Shown here piece by piece: positions 39,982 to 48,728 of a stretch of DNA of 64,000 bases. The position numbers were made by a program, and so were the translations under genes. The notes beneath the pieces were generated by a model that had not been told where the DNA came from, ran no database searches, and was given only the letters and a program-made list of their open reading frames with translations. The stretch comes from an uncultured Acidobacteriota bacterium (GTDB lineage: Bacteria > Acidobacteriota > Polarisedimenticolia > J045), in assembly GCA_963702425.1 (NCBI GenBank), contig CAVPCQ010000021.1, positions 1 to 64,000 of the forward strand, written 5' to 3'. Positions within the stretch are counted from its first letter, which is position 1, and each line of letters begins with the position of its first letter.

Positions 39982-41137
39982 GGTCCGACGCGATCGCCCG
40001 CGCCGCCACCGCCCCGAACTGCGCCGCCGCGCGCACCGGCCCGGAGCGCGCCGCGGCGCGGCGAAAGGCCCACGACAGCACCGTGCCCGGCGGCGTCGTG
40101 CGTTCGTCGGCCGGCCGCGGCTCCAGCGTCAGCGCGCCGCCGGAGCAGCTCACGACGCAGACCCCGCAGCCGATGCAGCGCTCTCCGTTCACCGCGTAGC
40201 CGCTGTCACCCTCGACGATCGCGCCGGTCGGGCAGCGTCCCGCGGCGCAGGTCCCGCATAGCAGGCAGTCGTCGCCGGTGATCTCCGCGACCCAGTTGCT
40301 CCGCACCAGGAAGTTCGGCGCCTCGAACTCGTTCAGCCCGCGCAGGAAGCCGCAGCAACAGGGACAGCAGTTGCAGAGGAACATCGGCCCCTTCTGCACG
40401 TTGAAGGTGCAGTGGACCAGCCCCTCCTCCTCGAACCGGTCGAGCAGCGCCAGCGCCTCCTCGCGCGCGATCCGCCGGCCCCACGACGGGAAGTCCTGCA
40501 GCCCCTCGGGATCGGGCGAGATCGCAAGGCACGTCTCCGAGGTGTGGCTGCACGGCGACCCCAGCGCCGCCCTCTCCTTGCGGCAGATGCAGTCCATCAC
40601 GCGGAACGACGCGCCGTCATCGATGATCGCGCGCACGCGCTCGTAGCGCAGCACGGCAGGCGGGGCGTCGATGTGCACGCCGACCGGAACGACCCGCGCC
40701 ATCGCCGGGCGGTGTCCGCCGAGCTCCTTCATCAGGGCCGGTATGTACTCCTCGAACAGCTCCGCCAACTCGCGGTCGATCCGCGGCAGCTGGAACTCGT
40801 AGATCCCGATCACGAACGGAAGCAGCGAGTAGCGCGTCTCGCGCGCCGCTTCGCCCGCCGCCGCGTCGCCGGGCCCGCCGCCCCGCCGGACCGCGAAGAT
40901 CTGACCCTTCGCCGCCATCTCATCCAGCTGGTCCCGCATCGCATCGGCCGGCCGACCCAGCCGCCGCGCGATCGCCTCGACGCGCTCGGGAACCGGCAGC
41001 AGCGACGCCGCGACCGCGGCCTCGTCGGGGGAGAAGAGCCGCTCGAGGATCCTCAGCTCGACGCCCGACGCGGTCGCAGGGTAGCCATTGGGGAGCGCAT
41101 CGAGCGCGGCCGCGAGCTTCCGGTAGGCATCGCTCAT
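39935..41137 (-). CDS. 4Fe-4S dicluster-domain protein
   Basis: LPNGYP, CICRK, CNCCPCCC, CLLCGTC..RCPTGA, CIGCGVCVVSC. Confidence 0.85.
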   Translation of the reverse strand: MSDAYRKLAAALDALPNGYPATASGVELRILERLFSPDEAAVAASLLPVPERVEAIARRLGRPADAMRDQLDEMAAKGQIFAVRRGGGPGDAAAGEAARETRYSLLPFVIGIYEFQLPRIDRELAELFEEYIPALMKELGGHRPAMARVVPVGVHIDAPPAVLRYERVRAIIDDGASFRVMDCICRKERAALGSPCSHTSETCLAISPDPEGLQDFPSWGRRIAREEALALLDRFEEEGLVHCTFNVQKGPMFLCNCCPCCCGFLRGLNEFEAPNFLVRSNWVAEITGDDCLLCGTCAAGRCPTGAIVEGDSGYAVNGERCIGCGVCVVSCSGGALTLEPRPADERTTPPGTVLSWAFRRAAARSGPVRAAAQFGAVAARAIASDLSARPRGSRTGASRP

Positions 41138-41269
41138 TGCCGCCTCCGGGCACACGGTACCACCGGCAAGGGTTCCGGGGTGGTCCGCGGCGGTTCGAGT
41201 TCGCGTCCGCCGCAGTTCGTATTCGCGCCTGCGCCCGGCGCCCGCGATCCGGGCCCTACATTCGACGTG

Positions 41270-43159
41270 ATGAGACTCGTCGCCCGCATCGCGCCGTTCG
41301 CCCGCATCGCCCGGGAGTTCGCCCTGGCGGGCGTCCTGCTCGCGGTCGCGGTCGCAGCCGCGGGCGGGACCGCGCCGGTCCGCGCGGCCGTCCAGCCCCC
41401 CGTCCTGAAATGGCAGAAGGGTGGCTGCTTCTCGAGCTGGTGCGAGACCGGCTGGTACTCGTCGCCCGCCGTCGCCGACCTCGACCGCGACGGCACGCCG
41501 GAGGTGATCGCTTCCGCCTACTCGATCGTCGCCCTCGACGGCCGCACCGGCGCGCTGGAGTGGCGGATCAGCTCGGGCCACGACCGCTCCCAGCCCGGCG
41601 CGTCGAACGTCGGCCGGACCTGGCCGGGGATCGTCGCTGCCGACCTCGACGGCGACGGCAGCGTCGAGATCGCCGCTGCGCACTCCGGCGGCTGGGTCTC
41701 GGTCTACGACGCGCAGGGCTACTTCAAGGCCGGCTGGCCGCGCCAGCCGACGACCTCCGAGCTGCGCGGCCTCGCCGTCCACGACCTCGATGGAGACGGC
41801 CGGCTGGAGGTGATCGTCACCGCGGCGATCGGCTCGCAGACCAACACGTGGATCTACAGCGCCGGGGGCGTGCTGCGCGCCGGCTGGCCGCAGCTCGCGA
41901 GCGGTGCGCCGGGCTACGCCTGGGGCGTCTACAACGCCAACGCCGCCGCCGGCGACCTGGACGGCGACGGCACCGGCGAGATCGTCGTCCCCTCCGATGT
42001 CCACTACCTCTGCGCCTACGAGGCCAACGGCCAGCCGATCCCGGCCAGCACCGTCTTCGGTGCCGGAAAAGTCTGGGGCCAGGTGGGCGTGTGGGAGAGC
42101 CAGGTCCCCGAGCTGCGCGGATGGGGCGCCTGCGACGGCGTGCGCGCCGAGAGCTACCGCACCAACTTCGCCGACGGCGCGGCGGTGCTGGCGGACCTCG
42201 ACGGCGACGGCACGCTCGAGGTCGTCGTCACCGGCAACACCTACGACTGCTCGCGCGATCCGTACCTCAGCCGCTACCACGGCGTGCACCTTTTCAACCG
42301 CGACCGCAGCCGCTACAACAAGGCGGGCCGCGACTGGCGCTCGCCCCCGGTCGACACCGGCGCGCCGATAGCGGAGGACTACAACACGATCGAGTCGGCC
42401 GAGCCGAACCCTGCCGTCGCCGACCTCGACGGCGACGGGACGAAGGAGATCGTCTACAGCGCGTACGACGGCCGCGTGCACGCCTTCTGGCTGGACAAGA
42501 CCGAGCACGGGAGCTGGCCCTACGCGATCTACCGCACAGCGGACGGCTTCTTCCGCTTCGCTTCCGAGCCGGCGATCGCCGACCTCGACGCCGACGGCAA
42601 GGCCGAGGTGATCGTCGCCTCCTGGACGCAGAAGGGGAGCAACGCCTACGGCCGGCTCACGATCCTCTCGTGGGACGGCAAGCTGCTGCAGCAGGTCGAC
42701 CTCCCCGCGCCGTTCGGCGGCGGCGACTGGAACGGCGCGCTGGCCGGCCCGACGCTGGCCAACCTCGACGGCGACGCGGACCTCGAGGTGGTGCTCAACA
42801 CGGCGCACAGCGGCCTCGTCGCCTACGACCTGCCCGGCACGGCCGGCGCGCGCGTGCTGTGGGGCTCCGGGCGCGGCGGGTTCCTGCGCGGCGGGGCCTG
42901 CGCGCAGCCGCGGCCGGCCGAGATCCGCGACTCGCTGCACGTCACGCGGAGCGGCACGGCCGACATCCGCCTCGCGTGGGGCGCGGCGGCGGGCGCGATC
43001 AGCTACCGCGCGTACCGCTCGACTTCGGCGCAGATGAGCGGCGCGACGCGGATCGGCGAGACGGCGGCGCTCGTCCTGCTCGATCTCGGCGCGCAGCGGG
43101 ACGGCGTCCGGGCGGTCTTCTACCAGGTGCGCGGCGCCAACGGGTGCGGGGTGGAGTAG
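41270..43159 (+). CDS. Secreted FG-GAP/VCBS-repeat protein with a shortened shared C-terminal domain
   Basis: Signal peptide; eight DLDxDG..E(V/I) repeats; ends FYQVRGANGCGVE. Confidence 0.88.
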   Translation: MRLVARIAPFARIAREFALAGVLLAVAVAAAGGTAPVRAAVQPPVLKWQKGGCFSSWCETGWYSSPAVADLDRDGTPEVIASAYSIVALDGRTGALEWRISSGHDRSQPGASNVGRTWPGIVAADLDGDGSVEIAAAHSGGWVSVYDAQGYFKAGWPRQPTTSELRGLAVHDLDGDGRLEVIVTAAIGSQTNTWIYSAGGVLRAGWPQLASGAPGYAWGVYNANAAAGDLDGDGTGEIVVPSDVHYLCAYEANGQPIPASTVFGAGKVWGQVGVWESQVPELRGWGACDGVRAESYRTNFADGAAVLADLDGDGTLEVVVTGNTYDCSRDPYLSRYHGVHLFNRDRSRYNKAGRDWRSPPVDTGAPIAEDYNTIESAEPNPAVADLDGDGTKEIVYSAYDGRVHAFWLDKTEHGSWPYAIYRTADGFFRFASEPAIADLDADGKAEVIVASWTQKGSNAYGRLTILSWDGKLLQQVDLPAPFGGGDWNGALAGPTLANLDGDADLEVVLNTAHSGLVAYDLPGTAGARVLWGSGRGGFLRGGACAQPRPAEIRDSLHVTRSGTADIRLAWGAAAGAISYRAYRSTSAQMSGATRIGETAALVLLDLGAQRDGVRAVFYQVRGANGCGVE

Positions 43160-43906
43160 GGCCGGGCGTCTTGTGCCAGCGGCTCTTGGCGGCTCTGTCG
43201 ACGCTCAACTGAATCGGTCTCCGGGATCCCCGGGGCGGCTTACCTCTCCGCCTCCGACCGATTCACGCGAATCGGCAGGTGTACACTCCGCGCGTTCGGA
43301 TCCGCCTGCCCGTGCAGCGAAGCGTCGAGGAAGGAGCCGCCATGAGTGAACAGGGGCCGCCGCCCATCCCGCCCATTCCACCCACTCCGCCTCCGCCCGC
43401 CCCAGACCCGAGCAACCGTACGATCATGTTGATCCTGGCCTACCTCGGGCCGCTCGCACTGGTTCCGTTGCTCACGGAGAAGGACGACCGCGAGGTGCAA
43501 TGGCACGCGAAACACGGCCTGGTGCAGCTCGCTGCGTTCCTGATCGCCTTTGTCGCGCTGAGCGTCCTCAGCTCGATCGGCATCCTCTGCGTCTTCGCGA
43601 TCTTCATCCCGTTCATCGGGCTGGCCTGGATGATCGTCACCATCGTGTCGATCGTGACGGCGCTGAACGGGCAGCGGTTCATCATCCCGGGGATCTCGCA
43701 GTTCGCCGACAGGTTCTGAGCCGGGATCGCCACCGCTCGCGCCGGACCCCGCATCCACGGACGCAGAGTGGCCTGTCGATCGGCGGCCGCGCCGCGGTGC
43801 GACGCCGCTCCTGGAGTATCCCTGAAGCTGTCGTGAGCGTGCCCTACCGCGACTGCGTCGCCCGCTTCTACGACATCGTCTACGCGCGGGTGCGGGGTGG
43901 AGTAGG
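43141..43906 (+). repeat. 20-bp exact direct repeat flanking the DUF4870-like gene
   Basis: cgggtgcggggtggagtagg at 43141-43160 and 43887-43906. Confidence 0.85.
43342..43719 (+). CDS. DUF4870-like small membrane protein
   Basis: AAGGAG RBS; Pro-rich N-terminus; ILAYLG..EVQWHAKHGL; NGQRFIIPGI. Confidence 0.8.
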   Translation: MSEQGPPPIPPIPPTPPPPAPDPSNRTIMLILAYLGPLALVPLLTEKDDREVQWHAKHGLVQLAAFLIAFVALSVLSSIGILCVFAIFIPFIGLAWMIVTIVSIVTALNGQRFIIPGISQFADRF

Positions 43907-43914
43907 CGCCCGGC

Positions 43915-43930
43915 GGCCCCTTCGGGGGCC
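43915..43930. terminator. Short C(UUCG)G hairpin
   Basis: ggcccc-ttcg-ggggcc. Confidence 0.35.
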
Positions 43931-43990
43931 CCCTTCGCCCGGCGCGGCGGCTCGGGGTAGCCTTCCCGTTCCCGCGGAGGCTTCCCCACC

Positions 43991-45496
43991 GTGTTCCCCC
44001 TGGGCCCGAGGTCAGTCGTCGCCGCGCTCGCCCTGCTCGCCGCCACCTGCGCCGGGTGCCGCGCGGATGCGCCCGGAGCGCCGGCCCCGGCAGCACCCGA
44101 GCCGCCCGACATGCCGGCCGCGGCCCCCCTGCCCGCCCGCGTCCAGGACGCCGCGACCCGCATCATCGAGGCTGCGCGCAAGGACGAGGTCTCCTACCGC
44201 CGCCTGCAGGAGTTGTGCGACCGGATCGGCCACCGCTCGGCCGGGACCCCGTCCTACGACCGCGCCGCGGCCTGGGCAGTCGAGCAGCTCCGGGCCTTCG
44301 GGATGTCCAACCCGCGCCTGGAGAACGTCCCGATCAACCGCTGGGTCCGCGGCCGCGAGTCGCTGACGCTGCTGACGCCGGGCGGCCCGCGCCCGATCCC
44401 GATGCTCGGGCTGGGCAAGAGCGTCGGCACGCCGCCGGAAGGGATCGCCGGCGAGGTCGTCGTGGTCCGCGACTTCGACGAGCTGGAGCGCGTCAAGGAC
44501 ACGGTCAAGGGGAAGATCGTCCTCTACAACTTCCCGATGAGGGAGCAGGGCGACGGGTTCGGCGGCTACGGCGAGGCCGTCGCCTACCGCACCGGTGGCG
44601 CCAGCCGCGCCGCGCAGCACGGGGCGATCGCCGCGCTGGTGCGCTCGGTGACGACGCGCAGCATGCGCACGCCGCACACCGGCATGATGAGCTACCAGGA
44701 CGATGTCCCGAGGATCCCCGCCGCCGCGATCCCGATCGAGGACGCGATCATGTTTCAGCGGCTCTTCGACCGCGGCGACAAGCCGACCGTCCGGCTCTTC
44801 ATGGAGGCGAAGAACCTCCCCGACGGCCCCAGCCCGAACGTCCTGGCCGAGCTGCCGGGGCGCGAGAAGCCGGAGGAGATCGTCGTCATCGGCGCACACC
44901 TCGACTCGTGGGACGTCGGTTGCGGCGCGCACGATGACGGCGCGGGGGTGACGATGGCGATCGACGCCGCGCGCCTGCTCGGGGAGCTGGGGCTCACCCC
45001 GCGGCGGACCGTGCGGGTCGTGCTCTTCACCAACGAAGAGCGCGGCGTCGACGGCGGCCGCGGTTACGCCGAGCTGCACCGCGCCGAGGCCGGCCGCCAC
45101 TTCGCCGCCTTCGAGACCGACAGCGGCGGCTTCCGCCCCAATCGCATCGGCGTCGGCGCGACCGATGACGCCGTCGCGATGGTCCAGCGCTATGCGCCGC
45201 TGTTCGAGACGCTCGGCCCGGTCGAAATCCGGAAGGGTGGGGGCGGCGCCGACATCTCCTTCCTCGGGAAGGACGGCGTCCCGCAGCTCGGCCTGGGGAC
45301 GGAGAGCGGGCACTACTTCGACTACCACCACAGCGACGCCGACACGGTCGACAAGGTCGACCCGAACGACTACCGCGAGTCGCTCGCCGCGTTCACGCTG
45401 ATGACTTACGTGCTGGCCGAGATGGACGAGACGCTGCCGCGCACGCCGCCGCCCGCGCCCGCACCGCCGCCGCCCGCGCCGGGAGGCGGCCGGTGA
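43991..45496 (+). CDS. M28 metallopeptidase (carboxypeptidase Q-like), probable lipoprotein
   Basis: GAHLDSWD, GAHDDGAG, FTNEE, ETDSG, YHHSDAD; PA domain; Cys-containing signal. Confidence 0.9.
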   Translation: MFPLGPRSVVAALALLAATCAGCRADAPGAPAPAAPEPPDMPAAAPLPARVQDAATRIIEAARKDEVSYRRLQELCDRIGHRSAGTPSYDRAAAWAVEQLRAFGMSNPRLENVPINRWVRGRESLTLLTPGGPRPIPMLGLGKSVGTPPEGIAGEVVVVRDFDELERVKDTVKGKIVLYNFPMREQGDGFGGYGEAVAYRTGGASRAAQHGAIAALVRSVTTRSMRTPHTGMMSYQDDVPRIPAAAIPIEDAIMFQRLFDRGDKPTVRLFMEAKNLPDGPSPNVLAELPGREKPEEIVVIGAHLDSWDVGCGAHDDGAGVTMAIDAARLLGELGLTPRRTVRVVLFTNEERGVDGGRGYAELHRAEAGRHFAAFETDSGGFRPNRIGVGATDDAVAMVQRYAPLFETLGPVEIRKGGGGADISFLGKDGVPQLGLGTESGHYFDYHHSDADTVDKVDPNDYRESLAAFTLMTYVLAEMDETLPRTPPPAPAPPPPAPGGGR

Positions 45497-46515
45497 GCCA
45501 CGCGCTGAGTGCCGTATCCGCCGGTCCGCGCGCCGTATCCGCCGGCCCGCGCAGCGCCGCCGCCGCGCTCGCCGCCGCGCTCGCCGCCGCCCTCCTCCTG
45601 CTCGCCCCCGCCTGCACCCCGCACGAGCACACGACCGGCCCGCGCGCCGTTTCCCCCGAGGCCCCGCTGCGCGTCGCGGTCACGATCCGCCCTCTCGAGA
45701 TGATCGTGCGCGAGCTGGTCGACCCGGCCGACGCGGCGCTGGTCCGGATCGATACGCTCATCCCTGTCGAGTCGACCCCGCACGGCTTCGACCCGCCTCC
45801 GGCGCAGGTCGCGGCGCTCGAGAAGTCCGACCTCGCGGTCTCAGTCGGCTACGGGCTCGACACCTGGGCCGAGAAGGTCCGCACCGGCCGCCCGCTCGTC
45901 GTCTTCGCGTCGCTCGAATCGACGCTGGACGGCACGGCAGCCCCCGCGGACGGCATGCCGCCCCACGCCCACCCGACGCACCACCCGGCCGCCGACCCGC
46001 ACCTGTGGCTCGACCCGTCGCTGGTCGCGCCGCTGGCCCGGGCAGTGACGGCGGCACTGAAGGCGCAACTCGCGCCGGGCGCGGAGAGCGCGGCGCTGGC
46101 GGCGCGGCTCGACACGCGGCTGGCCCGCTTCCTCGACGTCGTGGCGCGCACGGACGAGCTGACCCGCACGACGCTGGCGCCATACCAGGGGCGGGGCGTC
46201 GTCACTTTCCACGACTCGCTCCACCGCTACGCCGACCGCTACGGCCTGGTCATCGCGGCGGTGCTCAAACCGATCGAGGGGGTCGAGCCCGCCCCGGCCG
46301 ACCTGCGCCAGACGATCGACGAGGTCAAAGACCACGGGATCACGACCCTCTTCGTCGAGCCGGAGTACCCGACCACCGCGGCCGAGCGCGTGGCCGACCA
46401 GTCGGGGGTGCGGTTGATGTCGATCGACACGCTCGGCCTGCACGCAAACGACTGGCCGCAGATGATGGAGGTCCTGGCGCGGACGCTGGCCGAGGGGATC
46501 GGTGACCAGCCCTGA
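45493..46515 (+). CDS. Zn/Mn ABC transporter substrate-binding lipoprotein (ZnuA/TroA family)
   Basis: Lipobox-like APAC, TPHGFD, His loop, DPHLWLDP, VTFHDS. Confidence 0.9.
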   Translation: MSHALSAVSAGPRAVSAGPRSAAAALAAALAAALLLLAPACTPHEHTTGPRAVSPEAPLRVAVTIRPLEMIVRELVDPADAALVRIDTLIPVESTPHGFDPPPAQVAALEKSDLAVSVGYGLDTWAEKVRTGRPLVVFASLESTLDGTAAPADGMPPHAHPTHHPAADPHLWLDPSLVAPLARAVTAALKAQLAPGAESAALAARLDTRLARFLDVVARTDELTRTTLAPYQGRGVVTFHDSLHRYADRYGLVIAAVLKPIEGVEPAPADLRQTIDEVKDHGITTLFVEPEYPTTAAERVADQSGVRLMSIDTLGLHANDWPQMMEVLARTLAEGIGDQP

Positions 46516-47302
46516 GGGCGCGCCGCTCGCGGCGCTTCCCGCCGCGAAGCCGGCCGTCGCCCTGGCCGGCGCGAGCTACACCTACCCGCGCGGACAAGTC
46601 GCCCTGGAAGACGTCCACCTCGACGTGCCGCCGGGCACGCGGCTCGGAATCTTCGGCCCGAACGGCGGCGGCAAGTCGACGCTGCTGCGGCTCGTGCTCG
46701 GGCTGCTGTCGCCCCAGGAGGGGCGCGTCGAGGTCTTCGGGCGCCCGCCGCACGACGCGGTCCGCGACGGCCTCGTCGGCTACGTCGCGCAGCGCCAGGC
46801 CGCGGAGCTGCGCGCGCCCCTGTCGGTCCGGCAGGTCGTGGCGATGACGGCGGCCCACGGCGTCCCCGCCTGGGCCCCGCTGTCGCGCGCCGCCACCGAG
46901 CGCGTGGAACGCGTGATGGAACTCGCCGGCGTCGCCGACCTGGCCGATCGGCCGATCGGGGCGCTCTCCGGCGGCCAGCAGCAGCGCGTCTTCATCGCGC
47001 GCGCACTGGCCGGCGCGCCGCGCCTGCTGCTGCTCGACGAGCCGACGGTAGGGATCGACCGCTCCGGGCGCGAGCGCTTCGCCGGGTTGCTCTCCGCCGC
47101 CCGCGCGGAGCTTGGCGTCACGCTGCTGCTCGTCACCCACAACCTCCAACTGATCGCGGCGACGTGCGATCGGATCGCCGTGCTGGCGCGCACGCTCCAC
47201 TACCACGACACGCCGGGCGGCCTGACGCCCGAGGTCCTGACCGAGGTCTTCCGCCACGACATCGCGCACGACTGGTCCGAGGACACGGGAGGCGACGGGT
47301 GA
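46502..47302 (+). CDS. Metal ABC transporter ATPase (ZnuC-like)
   Basis: GPNGGGKST, LSGGQQQR, LLLDEP, VTH. Confidence 0.92.
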   Translation: MTSPEGAPLAALPAAKPAVALAGASYTYPRGQVALEDVHLDVPPGTRLGIFGPNGGGKSTLLRLVLGLLSPQEGRVEVFGRPPHDAVRDGLVGYVAQRQAAELRAPLSVRQVVAMTAAHGVPAWAPLSRAATERVERVMELAGVADLADRPIGALSGGQQQRVFIARALAGAPRLLLLDEPTVGIDRSGRERFAGLLSAARAELGVTLLLVTHNLQLIAATCDRIAVLARTLHYHDTPGGLTPEVLTEVFRHDIAHDWSEDTGGDG

Positions 47303-48189
47303 TCGCGGCGCTCAAGACGCTCGAGTACCTGTCGTTCGATTTCGCGCGGCAGGGGCTGGTGACGGCGCTCGCCGTCGCGACGGCCTCGGCGGCGCTCTCG
47401 TACTTCGTCGTGATCCGCCGGCTGTCGTTCGTCGCCCAGGGGGTGAGCCACGCGGCCTTCGGCGGCCTCGGGATCGCGGCGATCCTGGGGCTGTCGGCGC
47501 TGGCCGGGGACGCGGTCGTCTTCGCCTTCTGCGTCGCCTCGGCGCTGGCGATCGGCGTGCTCGCCGCCTCGCGCACGACGCGCGAGGACGCGGCGATCGG
47601 GATCGTGCTGGTGGCGGCGATGGCGGCCGGAATCCTGCTGCTCTCGCTGCGCCAGAGCCTGCTGCGATTCGACTGGTACCGCGACTGGCTGGGCTCCGCG
47701 GCCGGGCCGGTGAGCTGGGAGGCGATCCTGTTCGGCTCGGTCCAGACCGCGGGACCGAGCGGCGTCGTCGCGTCGGTGGCCGCGGCAGCGGTCGTCGTCG
47801 GGCTCCTGGCGTGGCACCGCCGCGCGCTGATCTTCTACACCTTCGACGAGCTGGCGGCCGAAGCGGCCGGGATCCCGACCGCCCGGATGCGGGCGCTGCT
47901 GATGGTGCTGTTGGCGCTCGTGATCGTGGTCGGGATGCGGCTGGTCGGCGTCGTGCTGATCTCGGCGCTGCTCGTCCTTCCCGGCGCAACCGCGCTCCAC
48001 CTGACGCGCCGCCTCGCGCCGGCGTTCGCGCTGTCCTGGGCCGCCGCCGTCATTGGCGTCCTCGGCGGCCTGGTCTTCTCGTTCGAGTTCGACGCGCTGC
48101 GGCTGCCTTCGGGTCCGTGCATCGTGCTGGTGCTGGTGCTCGAGTTCGCGCTGGCGGCGCTGGTCTCGCGCGCACGCCGTCACGCGTAG
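47299..48189 (+). CDS. Metal ABC transporter permease (ZnuB-like)
   Basis: GVSHAAFGG, ILFGS, TFDELAA, VGVVLISALLVLPG. Confidence 0.92.
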   Translation: MIAALKTLEYLSFDFARQGLVTALAVATASAALSYFVVIRRLSFVAQGVSHAAFGGLGIAAILGLSALAGDAVVFAFCVASALAIGVLAASRTTREDAAIGIVLVAAMAAGILLLSLRQSLLRFDWYRDWLGSAAGPVSWEAILFGSVQTAGPSGVVASVAAAAVVVGLLAWHRRALIFYTFDELAAEAAGIPTARMRALLMVLLALVIVVGMRLVGVVLISALLVLPGATALHLTRRLAPAFALSWAAAVIGVLGGLVFSFEFDALRLPSGPCIVLVLVLEFALAALVSRARRHA

Positions 48190-48590
48190 ACGAATTCCAC
48201 ATCGACCACCGTGTCCGGTCCCAGCGACGCCTTGACCGGGCACCCCAGCGCCGCGGCCTCCAGCACCGGCCGCGCCGCCGCCGGCACGCCCGGGGGCATC
48301 GTAATCGTGACGGAGAGGCGCGCGATGTGACGCCGCGGGACCGCCGACATCTCCTTGATGACCTCGGCCCGCGTCCCCTCGATCGCCCAGCCGCGCGCCC
48401 GCGCCGCGATCCCCATGATCGTCACCATGCAGGTGATCATCGCGGTCCCGACCAGGTCGGTCGGCGAGAAGTGACGCCCCTGGCCCTGGTTGTCGGTCGG
48501 CGCGTCGGTGAGCATCGCGTCGCCCGACGGGCCGTGGACCGCGCGGCAGATCAGATCCCCTTCATAGATCGCTTCGACGCGAACACTCAT
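48180..48590 (-). CDS. OsmC-family protein
   Basis: TDAPTDNQGQGRHFSPTDL..TC, CPVKASL. Confidence 0.9.
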   Translation of the reverse strand: MSVRVEAIYEGDLICRAVHGPSGDAMLTDAPTDNQGQGRHFSPTDLVGTAMITCMVTIMGIAARARGWAIEGTRAEVIKEMSAVPRRHIARLSVTITMPPGVPAAARPVLEAAALGCPVKASLGPDTVVDVEFVYA

Positions 48591-48621
48591 GGAACCCTCC
48601 GATCGCCGGGAATTTCGGCGA

Positions 48622-48646
48622 TCTGTTTCGACACGGTCGCAACAGA
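48622..48646. promoter_or_regulatory. Inverted repeat (candidate operator) in the divergent OsmC/cytochrome intergenic region
   Basis: tctgtttcgac-acg-gtcgcaacaga; 11-bp arms with one mismatch. Confidence 0.4.
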
Positions 48647-48728
48647 CGATTCCTGTGACATTACGCAAGCCGATGCGGTGCAACGGGCGCACTCTAGCCG
48701 AGCCCGGTCCCTTTCCGTGGAGGCGATC

